Below are positions 62,471 through 64,000 of a stretch of DNA of 64,000 bases, in pieces. The position numbers and the translations under genes are program-made. The DNA lies in contig OY970152.1 of assembly GCA_963706305.1 (NCBI GenBank), positions 1,531,777 to 1,595,776 on the forward strand, given 5' to 3'. The first letter of the stretch is position 1. Every line of letters starts with the position of its first letter. The notes beneath the pieces are model-generated. The model worked only from the letters and a program-made list of their open reading frames with translations. It did no database searches and was not told the DNA's origin. This DNA is from an uncultured Acidimicrobiaceae bacterium. GTDB lineage: Bacteria; Actinomycetota; Acidimicrobiia; Acidimicrobiales; RAAP-2.

Positions 62471-64000
62471 ATGGTGACAGCGTCACTATTAGCCAGGAAC
62501 CGCGAAGTCGACGGTTCACCAAATGCATCGCGAGCGGGGGGCACTCGCCGTGTCGGAAGGCGCTCGTTGCTCACGACGTTCCTCAGCGTTGCGACCCTCG
62601 TTTCGTTCGCGAGCGCCAATGCCTACGCAGCGAGCTTCGTGCCGTCGCTGGGCGCGGCGGCACCCTACGCAATTTTGGGAGTTACGCCCGGAAGCAACAT
62701 TGGTCTCTCGAACATCACCGGTGACCTTGGCATCTCGTCGAGCACGTCGACCTCGGCAGGAGCCGCGGCGTCATCGGGAGCCTCTGGCTCTGGTCTTCTC
62801 GGTGATGGACTCTTGTCAGGCGTCGGCACGCTTGCTGGTTCCCTCCTGGGCAGCGTCACTGGTGCGACGAACGTGAGTCACACAGCTGCGACGGCGGCCG
62901 AGAGTGCCGCCGCGAGCGCGTACCGATCGATCTCGAATGAAACGCCCACGCATCTGATCCCGGGATCCGTTCTTAAGGATGCAACGCTCGCTCCCGGTGT
63001 GTACGCAGTTCCCGGCACGCTCGAAGTCGTTGGACGTCTACTCCTCAATGCGCATGGCGCAGCGAATCCCGACTTCATCTTTCAGATTCCCTCCAACCTC
63101 GCAACCGCCTCCCGTACGCAGGTGCTTCTCGGCGCCGGCGTTCGGGCGAGCAACGTGCTGTGGCAGGTCGGCGGAGCGTCGGCTCTCTCGCCCGGTACAT
63201 CATTTGCGGGAACAATCCTTTCGAATGGTCCGATCACGCTGAGAACCGGATCCAGTTTGATTGGACGTGCGCTGTCATTGACGAGTGGCGTGAATCTCGA
63301 CAGCGACTCGATCAGCGTTCCTTCGGTGAGTTCCGTCGCATCCGCTGCCGGCGGTGCGGTCGACACTGCGACGAAAGTCGCAGTTCGCGCAGCGGGCGCG
63401 GTCGGCGCACGTGGCGTTGCTGCTGCGACGCCGAACGTGTCCGTAGGCGCACACCTCTCGCTACCACTCTCGACGCTGACAGAGGTCCCAACGGTGGGCT
63501 TGTCGACGGCGGGTGCGTCGTCATCTGGCGTCGCATCAGTCGGCCTGCCCGCAGTGCTCCCGTTCATTCCGCTGTCAGCCATCGACGTACCGGAACTCGA
63601 GGTACCGACTCTGCCAACGGGTGGGGTTGCTCTGCCAGGTTCGGGAGCTAGCGCGCCCCTCACGAACTTGTTCTTTCCGCTCGTTGGAATCGGGGCGGGG
63701 CTGCCGACATCCGTGTTCCCTACTGTTCAGGTGCCCAGCGTTCCGTCGCTGGGCACGAGCGCGCCGATAAGTGGAGTGGCCGCGCCGACGATTGGCCTAC
63801 CCCCGTTGCCGTCGGTGGGCGTACCGGCACCCTCTTCGACTCCTTCACCGCTGATAGGAGTTCCCTCGTTGACGGCGCCAACATCGCCGCCGGTATCCGA
63901 AACGACGCCTCCTCTTCCGCTGAGCGGACTATCACCGCCGGCTCTCGTACTGCCATCATCAGTGCCATCCGGCGTCGCGTTGCCCGGCGTGACCGCACCC
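62471..64000 (+). CDS. Secreted DUF3494 ice-binding-like protein with Pro/Ser/Val-rich tail (partial, runs off the window)
   Basis: ATG 62471 after GGAGG; 510 codons without a stop; RRSLL...ANAYA signal; LGAAAPYAILG, ITGDLG, LAPGVY, FIFQI, ASNVLWQVG, GTSFAGTIL, ITLRTGSSLIGRAL. Confidence 0.85.
   Translation, partial: MVTASLLARNREVDGSPNASRAGGTRRVGRRSLLTTFLSVATLVSFASANAYAASFVPSLGAAAPYAILGVTPGSNIGLSNITGDLGISSSTSTSAGAAASSGASGSGLLGDGLLSGVGTLAGSLLGSVTGATNVSHTAATAAESAAASAYRSISNETPTHLIPGSVLKDATLAPGVYAVPGTLEVVGRLLLNAHGAANPDFIFQIPSNLATASRTQVLLGAGVRASNVLWQVGGASALSPGTSFAGTILSNGPITLRTGSSLIGRALSLTSGVNLDSDSISVPSVSSVASAAGGAVDTATKVAVRAAGAVGARGVAAATPNVSVGAHLSLPLSTLTEVPTVGLSTAGASSSGVASVGLPAVLPFIPLSAIDVPELEVPTLPTGGVALPGSGASAPLTNLFFPLVGIGAGLPTSVFPTVQVPSVPSLGTSAPISGVAAPTIGLPPLPSVGVPAPSSTPSPLIGVPSLTAPTSPPVSETTPPLPLSGLSPPALVLPSSVPSGVALPGVTAP

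Noticed and set aside
63082-63663. 193-aa minus-strand ORF
   Set aside because: Shadow of the DUF3494 protein on the + strand.

Overview
High-GC (roughly 60-67% by eye) bacterial chromosome segment, most consistent with an actinomycete, probably Acidimicrobiia (inferred from Asp-type MurA, LutABC, a SepX/GlpR-like gene next to tRNA-Ala(CGC), and extracellular proteins rich in Ser/Thr/Asn/Tyr). Left to right: the atpFHAGDC end of the F1Fo operon; an NRAMP-like transporter, CBS protein, glpX, murA and meaB; an alpha-glucan locus (ROK regulator, GH15, sugar ABC transporter, GH66, MsmK-type ATPase); a GlcNAc/chito-oligosaccharide locus (MFS, Opp ABC with an OppC-OppD-OppF triple fusion, GH20, ROK, SIS protein, ROK kinase); esterase, map, AKR and lon; a redox block (peroxiredoxin, DsbA-like protein, cytochrome b, Tat-exported sulfite-oxidase-family molybdoenzyme, small Met/His-rich secreted protein, moaC/moaAE/moeA/moaD); a frameshifted UbiE-like methyltransferase plus an uncharacterised membrane protein; paiB, rpiA, esterase and CoA transferase; a truncated oxidative L-fucose/L-rhamnose-type pathway with lutABC; cysN/cysD/cysH; sepX-like gene, tRNA-Ala and an SDR. 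The window ends inside a secreted DUF3494 ice-binding-like protein with a long Pro/Ser-rich tail that is missing from the ORF track. No CRISPR array, rRNA, integrase or transposase was recognised. All family calls rest on motif recognition by eye; no database searches were run.
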